Shown: positions 1 through 8,511 of the stretch, piece by piece
Position numbering within the stretch: the stretch's first letter is position 1
Layout of the letters: every line of letters begins with the position of its first letter
IMG/VR virus record: IMGVR_UViG_3300025466_001309
Span: 6,520 to 70,519 of that record
Direction: 5' to 3' (one strand)
Source of the DNA: a virus
DNA: 64,000 nucleotides
Translations under genes and position numbers: made by a program
Notes under the pieces: model-generated
What the model was told of the DNA's origin: nothing
Seen by the model: only the letters and a program-made list of their open reading frames with translations
Database searches by the model: none

Positions 1-82
1 CCCCACCTTCATCTTCGGTAAATTCACAACTGCATACATTACACTTGTGATCTTCACCTATGTGTTTGAACCCTTGAATCAT
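1..82 (-). CDS. partial hypothetical protein (MIQGFKHIGEDHKCNVCSCEFTEDEGG..., runs off window)
   Basis: ATG overlaps TGA of upstream ORF, preceded by GGAG; CxxC motif. Confidence 0.6.
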   Translation of the reverse strand, partial: MIQGFKHIGEDHKCNVCSCEFTEDEGG

Positions 83-330
83 TCTTCAACTCCGAAATGT
101 TTCCTAATCGCTTTTGAGCAATCATGTGTGCCTCTTGCCCATTCTGAACTTATTTTATGATCCAACAATAAATCACATTGATTGGCACATTCCCGCACAA
201 TCAACTCGGCGAACTTTTCTTTGTCAAAATATTCTACTTGTTCTATGTAACCTTTACCTCTGTAACCTTCATGATTCATGGAGAGAGTTGAAGTAGCCTC
301 ATCAGCAAGTTGTCTAATTCGTTCGTTCAT
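79..330 (-). CDS. MNERI...KFAELIVREC...HFGVEE family small protein, copy 1
   Basis: three conserved blocks shared with five other ORFs in 79-2153. Confidence 0.85.
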   Translation of the reverse strand: MNERIRQLADEATSTLSMNHEGYRGKGYIEQVEYFDKEKFAELIVRECANQCDLLLDHKISSEWARGTHDCSKAIRKHFGVEE

Positions 331-512
331 TCTTCAACTCCAAGTCTTTCAAAAAAACCTTGCCATCCTTTGGATATGTGCCATCCTTTGAATAACAAAT
401 TTCCATTTATTGTTTTCCTATAAGAAACTGCACTATGATATAACAGGAATCTTTTGCCATTAACGTCAAAGAACAAGTATCCTCGAACAAATGCTTCAAT
501 AGTTTTGTTCAT
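327..512 (-). CDS. hypothetical protein, unrelated body but shares GVEE end
   Basis: ATGA-coupled on both sides; ends GGAGTTGAAGAATGA. Confidence 0.7.
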   Translation of the reverse strand: MNKTIEAFVRGYLFFDVNGKRFLLYHSAVSYRKTINGNLLFKGWHISKGWQGFFERLGVEE

Positions 513-793
513 TCTTCAACTCCGAAAAATTGTTTGATACCCTTGCTGGCATCGTCCACTGCCAACGCATATCCATAGTCTCGGTCATGCCAATATTGCT
601 GTTCTTCGTGTAAGCATTCTTTCTGCTCGTCCACAATAGTGATACATTCCCTAACAATCAACTCGGCGAACTTTTTGTAATCTTCTAATCTTGGATACTT
701 AAAATCACCATCGTTTATATTAGATTCATTTGTCATCCAGTTGTGATAATTTAATCCAGCCTCATCAGCAAGTTGTCGAATTCGTTCGTTCAT
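509..793 (-). CDS. MNERI family small protein, copy 2
   Basis: conserved blocks, ATGA coupling. Confidence 0.85.
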   Translation of the reverse strand: MNERIRQLADEAGLNYHNWMTNESNINDGDFKYPRLEDYKKFAELIVRECITIVDEQKECLHEEQQYWHDRDYGYALAVDDASKGIKQFFGVEE

Positions 794-996
794 TCTTCAA
801 CTCCGAAATGTTTCAGCAAAAATTCTAAATCAGGATGACCTCTATGAAAGGCAGTATCAACACATTCCCGCACAACCAACTTGGCGAACTTTTCTTCATT
901 CAATACATAAATGTAATGACTTTCACCTTCTCTGGCACGGTAATCAAATTTCTTTTCTCTAGCCTGTTCAGCAAGTTGTTGAATTCGTTCGTTCAT
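790..996 (-). CDS. MNERI family small protein, copy 3
   Basis: conserved blocks, ATGA coupling. Confidence 0.85.
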   Translation of the reverse strand: MNERIQQLAEQAREKKFDYRAREGESHYIYVLNEEKFAKLVVRECVDTAFHRGHPDLEFLLKHFGVEE

Positions 997-1109
997 CTGC
1001 CCTCCTTAGCATCATTATAACCAATCAGATAACCCATCACCAATGCAAACAACATACCCGCAATAGCAATGGCTGTGCCAATGATTGATTCCCAATTAAA
1101 TTCATTCAT
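993..1109 (-). CDS. small membrane protein (MNEFNWESIIGTAIAIAGMLFALVMGYLIG...)
   Basis: single hydrophobic helix; start reassigned to ATG overlapping upstream stop. Confidence 0.6.
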   Translation of the reverse strand: MNEFNWESIIGTAIAIAGMLFALVMGYLIGYNDAKEGR

Positions 1110-1281
1110 GCCGGTCCTTTTCCCAAGGGGTAAATTCGTATCTGTAAATTGGTAACAGGCCAAACAACCATGTACCAACCTTTACTTGTTTTAATCCTCT
1201 ATGCTCAACTTCAGGCCGGTATTGGTCTGGGGTATTTCTAATTCTCGTGAAGTCATCTTGAAAATTTGTTAGATTCATCAT
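1102..1281 (-). CDS. 59-aa hypothetical protein (MMNLTNFQDDF...PWEKDRHE), not in ORF track
   Basis: manual translation; GGAG SD and ATGA coupling. Confidence 0.65.
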   Translation of the reverse strand: MMNLTNFQDDFTRIRNTPDQYRPEVEHRGLKQVKVGTWLFGLLPIYRYEFTPWEKDRHE

Positions 1282-1484
1282 TCAACTCCGAAATGTTTCT
1301 TAATCAAATCAAATGCTTGTCCACGACTAACCATATCACGCAACATAGGTGCCAATGCTACTCCACATTCCCTAACAATCAACTCGGCGAACTTTTCTTT
1401 ATTGAAATTATCATAACTTACTCCCCACTTATGTTCTTCGATAGTAGTGGCTTGCTTAACAAGTTCTCGAATTCGTTCGTTCAT
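1278..1484 (-). CDS. MNERI family small protein, copy 4
   Basis: conserved blocks. Confidence 0.85.
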   Translation of the reverse strand: MNERIRELVKQATTIEEHKWGVSYDNFNKEKFAELIVRECGVALAPMLRDMVSRGQAFDLIKKHFGVE

Positions 1485-1699
1485 TCTTCAACTCCAAAAT
1501 GTGCTCGAATATATTTGCTCACATAAGAATCCATGTCTGCTCGTTCTACTTGATCAGCAATATCACAACATTCTTTAACAATCAACTCGGCGAACTTGTC
1601 CTTTAGTATTGATAACTGAGAATGGGTCAGTGTAGTCCAAGTTTCTGGTATAGATTGATCCATAGCCTGTCCAAATAGTTTATTGATTCGTTCGTTCAT
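1481..1699 (-). CDS. MNERI family small protein, copy 5
   Basis: conserved blocks. Confidence 0.85.
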   Translation of the reverse strand: MNERINKLFGQAMDQSIPETWTTLTHSQLSILKDKFAELIVKECCDIADQVERADMDSYVSKYIRAHFGVEE

Positions 1700-1923
1700 A
1701 TAATTCTACCTAAACCTTCATAAATGAGTTGATCTAATTCATATTGATAGTCTAAACCATTTCTACGCTTATGATAAATAGTAACAAGTAATTCTGTAGT
1801 AATTGATCTATCAACAAGGCCAAGACCACGAATTTCCATTTCGTCTAAAATTTCCTCATCATCAAAGTCTGCTAAATCAACATCGATTTCGACTTCTTTA
1901 TAAACAGTTTGATATCTAGTCAT
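1696..1923 (-). CDS. acidic hypothetical protein
   Basis: ATGA-coupled ORF inside the array. Confidence 0.75.
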   Translation of the reverse strand: MTRYQTVYKEVEIDVDLADFDDEEILDEMEIRGLGLVDRSITTELLVTIYHKRRNGLDYQYELDQLIYEGLGRII

Positions 1924-2153
1924 TCTTCAACTCCGAAATGTTGTTTAATCTTTGACACTGAATCTGCTTTTGCCTCGAACCATTCATCTCTATATGAATC
2001 TTCTGGTCCACCAACTTGGATACATTCTTTTACAATCAACTCGGCGAACTTTTCAAACTGTTCAGGAGAAAAATCAATTGAATTGCCATTCAATTCATCA
2101 TTCCATCTTGTTGCACCAGTTTGTTCAGCAAGTGTATAGATTCGTTCGTTCAT
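1920..2153 (-). CDS. MNERI family small protein, copy 6
   Basis: conserved blocks. Confidence 0.85.
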   Translation of the reverse strand: MNERIYTLAEQTGATRWNDELNGNSIDFSPEQFEKFAELIVKECIQVGGPEDSYRDEWFEAKADSVSKIKQHFGVEE

Positions 2154-2278
2154 TTTGCCATCTCTGAGGTCTGTGTTTTGACACTCTCGACACCCTTGTC
2201 TAAGATGTGTGCAATACCACTGAAACCTGCTGTACTAACAACGATACCAAATATCATACCTATAATAAAATTAAACAT
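2150..2278 (-). CDS. 42-aa small membrane protein (MFNFIIGMIFGIVVSTAG...)
   Basis: manual translation, AAGGA SD, ATGA coupling. Confidence 0.6.
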   Translation of the reverse strand: MFNFIIGMIFGIVVSTAGFSGIAHILDKGVESVKTQTSEMAK

Positions 2279-2293
2279 ACTATGTGTCCTTTC

Positions 2294-3481
2294 TTACTTA
2301 AACACTTTTAATATTACAATATCTTCATTGAATCTACCATTGAGTTCTGTCTCAGTGGTTTTGACACTCTTGGTAAACCAAGTTTCAAATCGTTTTTGCG
2401 TATTTTGCTCTTTGAACTCTTTTAATTGTTCTGCAGGTTTACGCAGGGTCTTTTGCAGGCTTTTGGCAGTAAAGTTAGTTAGGCTTGTGCCTTTAACTCC
2501 AAAGCCTTCACTGGTTGTACTGACATAGTATCCAATCTTGCGATTCTTAGTATTGTAGACTACAACACCCTGTGCACGGATCATCTGTGCAGGTGGCACA
2601 CTGGTGATAGCCAACTTGTCATCGCTGACACGGAATTTAAGTTTCTTAACCAAATCCTCTGCAGGTTTGATTTTCTTGGCTCGTACTTTCTTAAGTACTT
2701 TGGCTTCTGCGGCAATCTGCTCACAGGCTGTGGCAATACTTTCATAAAATGCAATCAATTTGTTGACATTCTTACGAGTGTTATGCTTGTAACCTTCACG
2801 CAACTGTTCATCTGCTTGACCACTGGCCAGTTCCAACAACTCATCATAACCTTTCTGGAAAAAGGATTTGATATAGCGAGCCTGTGCGGCCTTGGCACCC
2901 TTGCCACGCAGGAGATTAACAACTTTGAATTCTTTGGGATCAAATGCTTCTGGATTCATGATCCAGCTGTCAATTGCCGCATCTAACTCATCACTCATAG
3001 TCACAGCCTGTTCACGGATACGATCTTGAATAGTAACAATTTGTTCTGGTTGTTTGATCTTTACGGCTTCTGTGACTTCTTCTAGATCGTTAGCACCTGC
3101 AGCCAACACATTGGCAATTTCTGTGCGTAGCCACTCTACGGCACTACGGTCTTTGTTAAAACCTGGACGCACATCTGGCATACCCTTTAACAAACAACTA
3201 GCAATAGCACCCATGGTCAATCCAGCACGAGAATCTTTGGTTTTCTTAAATGCCGCAATGTCTTCTTTGGAATAGTCGTTAAGAGCCATCCAATCAATAA
3301 CTTTGGGTTTGAGTTCTTTGCCACTGCTTTCCAAATTGTAATACTTCATAGCCTCACGGAATTTGGCCGCATACTGCTCATCATTCAGTAAATCTAAGTT
3401 ATCCCACTTTGGACTGTGATCTCGTTTGGCATAGGCTCTTGCGGCCTGTGCTTTAGAAACTTTGGTTGCTACTGCTGTCAT
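2294..3481 (-). CDS. large-phage hypothetical protein (early expressed)
   Basis: long ORF, AGGAG SD, consensus promoter upstream. Confidence 0.8.
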   Translation of the reverse strand: MTAVATKVSKAQAARAYAKRDHSPKWDNLDLLNDEQYAAKFREAMKYYNLESSGKELKPKVIDWMALNDYSKEDIAAFKKTKDSRAGLTMGAIASCLLKGMPDVRPGFNKDRSAVEWLRTEIANVLAAGANDLEEVTEAVKIKQPEQIVTIQDRIREQAVTMSDELDAAIDSWIMNPEAFDPKEFKVVNLLRGKGAKAAQARYIKSFFQKGYDELLELASGQADEQLREGYKHNTRKNVNKLIAFYESIATACEQIAAEAKVLKKVRAKKIKPAEDLVKKLKFRVSDDKLAITSVPPAQMIRAQGVVVYNTKNRKIGYYVSTTSEGFGVKGTSLTNFTAKSLQKTLRKPAEQLKEFKEQNTQKRFETWFTKSVKTTETELNGRFNEDIVILKVFK

Positions 3482-3512
3482 TTTTGCTCCTATTGTGTTG
3501 TACAATAGTTAT

Positions 3513-3541
3513 ATTATACAGAGATTTGACCACCCTGTCAA
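3513..3541 (-). promoter_or_regulatory. sigma70 promoter TTGACA-17-TATAAT
   Basis: perfect consensus. Confidence 0.9.
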
Positions 3542-4095
3542 CAGTCGGTTTTACCAAAAAATCTCATTAATTCTGTGGGAACCCATCCAGATTCTAACCG
3601 TTCTGGATGCCAGACTACTCCGGCTATGTTGTGATCTAGCCACGCTTCGCAATGCCCGTCTTCGTCAGTGGCTAGTATTTGGGCACTTTTGGGCAGTGTT
3701 TCAATATGAAAACGATGATAACTGTTGACTGGATAGTCGTGCCCGTGATATTGGACTTTGTGTTCGTTGTCTCTGTGCCCTTCTTTACGGCCCAAAGTTC
3801 CGCCTAAGAATTTGGTTAGCAGAAAACAGCCATGGCAAACACCTACAATTGGTTTATTCCGTTTCATCATAGCAATGGTCATTCGGCGTTCAGTCTTACG
3901 CCTTATAAGCCTGTTGTCGCCACCTGTAATGATATATCCATCGACAGAATCAGCAAGTGCATCAAAGTCTTGGTCCAATCTATTTGGAACAAACACAAGT
4001 TCATGTCCTTTGAGATACTCGTACCAAGCGGTTTCAATAGCATCATAGATGCCACCGTTTTTAGAAATAGTACGCTTGCTGAGTGCAATCTTCAT
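3538..4095 (-). CDS. class I glutamine amidotransferase / peptidase C26 (gamma-glutamyl hydrolase-like)
   Basis: GVCHG nucleophile, VNSYH, WHPE. Confidence 0.85.
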   Translation of the reverse strand: MKIALSKRTISKNGGIYDAIETAWYEYLKGHELVFVPNRLDQDFDALADSVDGYIITGGDNRLIRRKTERRMTIAMMKRNKPIVGVCHGCFLLTKFLGGTLGRKEGHRDNEHKVQYHGHDYPVNSYHRFHIETLPKSAQILATDEDGHCEAWLDHNIAGVVWHPERLESGWVPTELMRFFGKTDC

Positions 4096-4658
4096 CTATC
4101 ATCTTTCCATTCTATGGGAACCCAACCTAGTGCTTTAAGGTCTTCACGGATCTCTTCTGTGACTGCACCTTCTGGTACATAAGTACGCCCGTCTTCTTCC
4201 TTTTTTGGGACAGTTCCGTCTAAACCATATCCGGTATCTTGACCACCAATACCCGAACAGTACCAATCAATGTAATCACCCTTTTCACGCATATTGGCAA
4301 CAATACCACCAGCACTACGCCAAGAGCACGACCAACGCTGGTCCTTTAGTATAGGCACGACATCCAATTTTTGAAACTGCATATTACACATGGCCGCATA
4401 CAAGTTTTGAGCATAGTTCTCATTGGCCTTGACTTTGTCGCAGATCCATTTAGTGCTACGGAGATCGTATTCCATATTGTCTTTTTGCCATTCTGGATCT
4501 ACAATTTCTTCTGCTTCTTGTTCACGCCAAGTCTCATACATCTTGATGTACGCTGGATTGGGCAACTTGCCGTCTTTCTCACAGCGTTTTACGTACCCTT
4601 CTTTTTGAAAGGTATAACGATCGGGGCTTGAAGAAACTTTTTTAGAATCATCTGTCAT
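4092..4658 (-). CDS. hypothetical protein
   Basis: coupled ORF. Confidence 0.75.
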   Translation of the reverse strand: MTDDSKKVSSSPDRYTFQKEGYVKRCEKDGKLPNPAYIKMYETWREQEAEEIVDPEWQKDNMEYDLRSTKWICDKVKANENYAQNLYAAMCNMQFQKLDVVPILKDQRWSCSWRSAGGIVANMREKGDYIDWYCSGIGGQDTGYGLDGTVPKKEEDGRTYVPEGAVTEEIREDLKALGWVPIEWKDDR

Positions 4659-4840
4659 TGCAAATAACCTCTATCCTTTTTTTCTAAGACGACATCTGTG
4701 GACATAGATAGAACTTTTTCAGGGTCACTGAACATCTCTTTGATGCTTTCTACAAGCTCGTCAAGTTCTTCTTGAGTGCCTTCAAAATCTTCAAAGCATC
4801 CAGGAGCAAATGTAACTTTAATTTTAGGAGTATTGGTCAT
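4655..4840 (-). CDS. hypothetical protein
   Basis: coupled ORF. Confidence 0.65.
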   Translation of the reverse strand: MTNTPKIKVTFAPGCFEDFEGTQEELDELVESIKEMFSDPEKVLSMSTDVVLEKKDRGYLQ

Positions 4841-5664
4841 GTCCACAGTGACTCACGAATTTTAATTAAACGAATCATCATTTGTTCTTCTTCTTTAGCA
4901 TGTGCCGCTTCAATTTTACGAAGTTCTTTATGGGCTAGGTCGCTGGCTTTACGAAGAGCTTTACTATCCTTAGTACCATCCCAACTTAACTTGCCACCAT
5001 TTTGTAGTCGATTAAGTTCGCAATAAGCAGTCCAACCGCTGGCATCATATGGATCTGGACGATTAGGATAAATCTCTGTCCACCAGTAATACAATGCTAT
5101 GATCTCTTTGGCAGCCTTGGCTTGATGAGTAGGCTCTTCTATCTCACCTTCTTCAATAAAATCTTTGTTTGTAAGTGTACTAGCCCAGTCTAGATGTGCA
5201 AGACCAGCTTCACGACACCGCCAAGTTCTTAATCGTAACCATCCACTACGCCACCATGGCACTGCATATTTTTTACGAGCTTCACTATCCCACATTACAT
5301 GATGCCATGCTGTTTCTACTTCTACAAAATCCACCAACTCATTAAAAAGGCAAGGAAGGAAACGATTGCCAACATCAGCCCAAGATCCTGGTTTAATGTC
5401 CTTAGGGTGAGCAGTGAGACTGTGAGAGCGAGATATCCAACGATTATTAATATAATATCTAATGTCATTTAGACAATCCACAGGGTAATATAAAAAACCT
5501 TGAATAGCATCCAATGCTTCTTCAGCTAACCAATAACGGAAACTGTGACGCATCTTAGCTGAGGTATGCCATTCATTCCATTCTTCACTAGTAGCCGCAC
5601 TGAGTTTTTCTGTGCCTCTCAGCCAGTCTGCAAATTTTGTACAACTCCAGTATGTTGATCTCAT
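4837..5664 (-). CDS. Trp-rich hypothetical protein
   Basis: long ORF. Confidence 0.8.
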   Translation of the reverse strand: MRSTYWSCTKFADWLRGTEKLSAATSEEWNEWHTSAKMRHSFRYWLAEEALDAIQGFLYYPVDCLNDIRYYINNRWISRSHSLTAHPKDIKPGSWADVGNRFLPCLFNELVDFVEVETAWHHVMWDSEARKKYAVPWWRSGWLRLRTWRCREAGLAHLDWASTLTNKDFIEEGEIEEPTHQAKAAKEIIALYYWWTEIYPNRPDPYDASGWTAYCELNRLQNGGKLSWDGTKDSKALRKASDLAHKELRKIEAAHAKEEEQMMIRLIKIRESLWT

Positions 5665-5665
5665 T

Positions 5666-6028
5666 TTATTTTCCAATAAACGGTGTTAGATTGGGTGGTA
5701 CCCACCCCAACGGTTTTAAAACTTTCCCATCTTCACGCTTGCGAACCTTGCCAGTTTCCTTATCAATCTTAGCAAAGTTAGTCTGCATAACTTCTTTCCA
5801 AGCACCTTCTGCATCGTAACCTGCTGAATGGATAGCACCAATAGTAACAACTAGTATATCAATTAGGGCATCTAACTGTTCAACAGAATCCTCAGCCAAT
5901 GTAGCTTCGAGCAACTCTTGATGCTCTTCGTTGATGAGTTTGATATACATAGCATATTGTTTTTCATCGCCGTCGACGCTTTGGTCACAAGCCCGCATAA
6001 ATTTTTCCATATCTCTAAACACATTCAT
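5666..6028 (-). CDS. all-alpha NTP pyrophosphohydrolase (MazG/PRA-PH-like)
   Basis: EEHQEL...DALIDILVV, N..K, REDGKVLKP motifs. Confidence 0.8.
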   Translation of the reverse strand: MNVFRDMEKFMRACDQSVDGDEKQYAMYIKLINEEHQELLEATLAEDSVEQLDALIDILVVTIGAIHSAGYDAEGAWKEVMQTNFAKIDKETGKVRKREDGKVLKPLGWVPPNLTPFIGK

Positions 6029-6029
6029 A

Positions 6030-6209
6030 TTAGTCTACCAATGTTAATTGTTTCTCGTTGTAGATATGTAGTGCACCTGCAATTTCTGGTACTGTACATT
6101 CTACAACAAGTCTACGCTCACCTGATAAGGTGTCAAATACTGCTACAACAATACCCGGCCATTTGTAGCCACTAGTCTTTTCTACTTTGTCACCAATTTT
6201 AAATTCCAT
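6030..6209 (-). CDS. DfrB/R67 type II dihydrofolate reductase-like SH3 protein (59 aa, not in ORF track)
   Basis: FKIGDKVEKTSGYKWPGIVV...GALHIY aligns by eye to R67 [20 protein letters not shown]...GSVQIY. Confidence 0.7.
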   Translation of the reverse strand: MEFKIGDKVEKTSGYKWPGIVVAVFDTLSGERRLVVECTVPEIAGALHIYNEKQLTLVD

Positions 6210-6210
6210 A

Positions 6211-6444
6211 TTATCCTCTTCCTGTTTTTGTTTTACTTATGGTAGGTCCGTCGCTGATAAAATCAATACCGGCCATTTTGCCTTCGTACATTTTGCCATT
6301 CCATATCATGGGAAGTTTAACACTTTTATTTAATACCACTGTAAGGCTACGACCTTCATTAAAATCAAATACTTCGGCTTCTACGGTCTTAGAAGTCTTT
6401 TCTTGTTTTACTATACACTTATCGCTATGTCGTGTCACTTCCAT
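6211..6444 (-). CDS. hypothetical protein
   Basis: ORF track. Confidence 0.7.
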   Translation of the reverse strand: MEVTRHSDKCIVKQEKTSKTVEAEVFDFNEGRSLTVVLNKSVKLPMIWNGKMYEGKMAGIDFISDGPTISKTKTGRG

Positions 6445-6733
6445 TTGGATTACCCCATCTTAAATAAAATTCTGCAAGTTTTTTACTGTCTAATTCTGCC
6501 ATTATCACGTAGGTCAAACCAAAGTCAAACATGGAATTATAGCGATGCCATTCGGGTTGGCTAACCGCATTTTCCATAACAAACTTACCTTGATCACTAT
6601 TTTGCCACTGCCATATTGGTTCCGCTACATACAGATCTGGATCTTCTACATCACCCATTCTAATCCTATGCACAACAACTTTGTGAATTGTTTTCACGGA
6701 ATCATCTTCAACTGTATATCTTACTGCGGCCAT
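6425..6733 (-). CDS. hypothetical protein, FxLRW C-terminal family
   Basis: AEFYLRWG near C terminus. Confidence 0.7.
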   Translation of the reverse strand: MAAVRYTVEDDSVKTIHKVVVHRIRMGDVEDPDLYVAEPIWQWQNSDQGKFVMENAVSQPEWHRYNSMFDFGLTYVIMAELDSKKLAEFYLRWGNPNGSDTT

Positions 6734-7065
6734 ACTATATTATACAACGTAATAAACTTTTCAGCATCTCGTTTGGAGGAAAATTGCCACATGTCCCAAG
6801 CCATTCTTTTAACTTTAGGCCAGGATTCTAATTGCTCAGTGGCCCAAATTACATGTGTATCTAATTGGGAGCTCCTAAAGATCATAGGAGGATTATTATC
6901 TACGTTCCAAACTTCTACCAATTGTATTTGCCAACCTCGTCCCTTGCGAGTTAATTCTGGCATGACTTTTGAACCAGCTGCCATAATTCCAGTTAGTTGA
7001 TCAATGTCGGGATGTATTGTTTCTATTGCTGAACGCCAAATATTAAATTCAGGATTGTGGCTCAC
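6721..7065 (-). CDS. hypothetical protein
   Basis: ORF track. Confidence 0.7.
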   Translation of the reverse strand: MSHNPEFNIWRSAIETIHPDIDQLTGIMAAGSKVMPELTRKGRGWQIQLVEVWNVDNNPPMIFRSSQLDTHVIWATEQLESWPKVKRMAWDMWQFSSKRDAEKFITLYNIVWPQ

Positions 7066-7522
7066 GTTTTTTCTTTCTGGAAAAGTTTCTACGCCTGGTA
7101 GGTTTATTTTCCTTGATGATCAACGGACCATGTACGCCTGCTTTTTTACTATTTTCCAGTGCGGCATGAATTTGTTCTGGAGTAGGATCTGGTTCATCGT
7201 CATAGTGATTATCGTCATCAAGATTCAGGCCTAGTTGACTTAATTTTTTATCTACGGCATCCATGTTCTCTTTTGAGATCTCATTTCTAAATGAACCAAC
7301 TGGCCCTCTACTATCTTGACTGATATTGTGCCATGTGCGTATCTCTAATAGAGGTTCAATTTCGTTTGGAATAGCAATAACATAGTGAGGTTCATCGTTA
7401 TATCCAGCATGTTCTAGAGTAAAACTATGTATAACTTCACCGCGAATTAATTTATTATTTAATCTTGCAATTCCGTATACCCAAACGGCATCCCCAATGT
7501 TGTATTCTTTTTTAACTTTCAT
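7049..7522 (-). CDS. hypothetical protein
   Basis: ORF track. Confidence 0.7.
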   Translation of the reverse strand: MKVKKEYNIGDAVWVYGIARLNNKLIRGEVIHSFTLEHAGYNDEPHYVIAIPNEIEPLLEIRTWHNISQDSRGPVGSFRNEISKENMDAVDKKLSQLGLNLDDDNHYDDEPDPTPEQIHAALENSKKAGVHGPLIIKENKPTRRRNFSRKKKREPQS

Positions 7523-7530
7523 AATTTATA

Positions 7531-7698
7531 TCAAGCCTGAGCTTGCTCTTTAGTTTGGGTTTCCAATAAGTCTTTGACAAACTTAATTGCTTTACGATCA
7601 GAGTCATAAACATACTCTTGGTCTTCATCTTCGTCGGTACGCAGGGTTACTATAACACCATTACGTACTTTACGAATTTCTATGCTTTCAAACAACAT
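7531..7698 (-). CDS. hypothetical protein (MLFESIEIRKV...)
   Basis: AAGG SD before internal ATG. Confidence 0.65.
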   Translation of the reverse strand: MLFESIEIRKVRNGVIVTLRTDEDEDQEYVYDSDRKAIKFVKDLLETQTKEQAQA

Positions 7699-7714
7699 GG
7701 GGAACCTTTCAGGG

Positions 7715-8440
7715 TTATTTTGGCACTGATAGATTGTAGTTAAAGTGGAAAATTCCAATATGCGCTACTTCTCTGCTCAGTTCTTGATCACACCAAATCT
7801 CATATCCAGCTTTTTGAGCTTGCTGACAGAAGAAAATATCTTCACCAATTTCGAGATTGAGTTCCGGAACATACTCTTGAAGATAGTGAGGGTGTGGAAT
7901 TTTTTCATATACTTCACGTTTGCACAAGACCAGGCCATGTGGTAGGACATCAATCAATTCCATTGCTGGTGAATTATCTGTGGTATGGAATTCTACAAAT
8001 GTTCCTGGCTTACCACTCATACCAGTAAAGTTAGGATTTGGAAAACGGCGTCTACGATAATTAGCACCGACAATATCTTTATTGCGAGCCAACAATCTTA
8101 CTGGAGCATCAATAGGAAATTTCATATCACTGTCGACCCAGAAGATGTAATCAAAGTCACTCTTAAGGAAAATGTCAACTAAATTACGTCTTGCAATAGT
8201 GATCACTGATCCGATATTGAATGCACAATTGATCTTGATACCATTGGCTACCATGTTAGCGGCAGCCATGGCCAAATGCTGTGCAAATTCTGCATTGACC
8301 ATTTCCATTGCTGGGACAGCAATCATAATGCTAGGGCGTTTGCCTCCTGCTTGTGGTTGGGAAGGAGTAGTGGCTGCTCGTTGAGTAGCGGCTGCTACAG
8401 CCTGGCGATTTGGAATATTAAGTTTACCTTTGTTTTTCAT
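7715..8440 (-). CDS. GT-A fold glycosyltransferase-like protein
   Basis: ARRNLV, WVDSD (DxD), GEDIFFC. Confidence 0.75.
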   Translation of the reverse strand: MKNKGKLNIPNRQAVAAATQRAATTPSQPQAGGKRPSIMIAVPAMEMVNAEFAQHLAMAAANMVANGIKINCAFNIGSVITIARRNLVDIFLKSDFDYIFWVDSDMKFPIDAPVRLLARNKDIVGANYRRRRFPNPNFTGMSGKPGTFVEFHTTDNSPAMELIDVLPHGLVLCKREVYEKIPHPHYLQEYVPELNLEIGEDIFFCQQAQKAGYEIWCDQELSREVAHIGIFHFNYNLSVPK

Positions 8441-8459
8441 TTTTATCCTTAGATGTTTT

Positions 8460-8488
8460 ATTATAGCAGAACACTTGATTCAAGTCAA
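8460..8488 (-). promoter_or_regulatory. sigma70 promoter TTGACT-17-TATAAT
   Basis: near consensus. Confidence 0.8.
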
Positions 8489-8511
8489 TGGTCAATATGC
8501 TCAATTCTTCT

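Larger units (their letters stand above)
79..1934 (-). repeat. dispersed 15-bp junction repeat GGAGTTGAAGAATGA (SD + stop/start)
   Basis: exact tcattcttcaactcc at 79, 327, 509, 790, 1481, 1920; variant at 1278. Confidence 0.9.

Noticed and set aside
79-2153. Repeats as a CRISPR array
   Set aside because: Irregular spacing of 180-440 bp, repeats lie in coding frames, no cas genes
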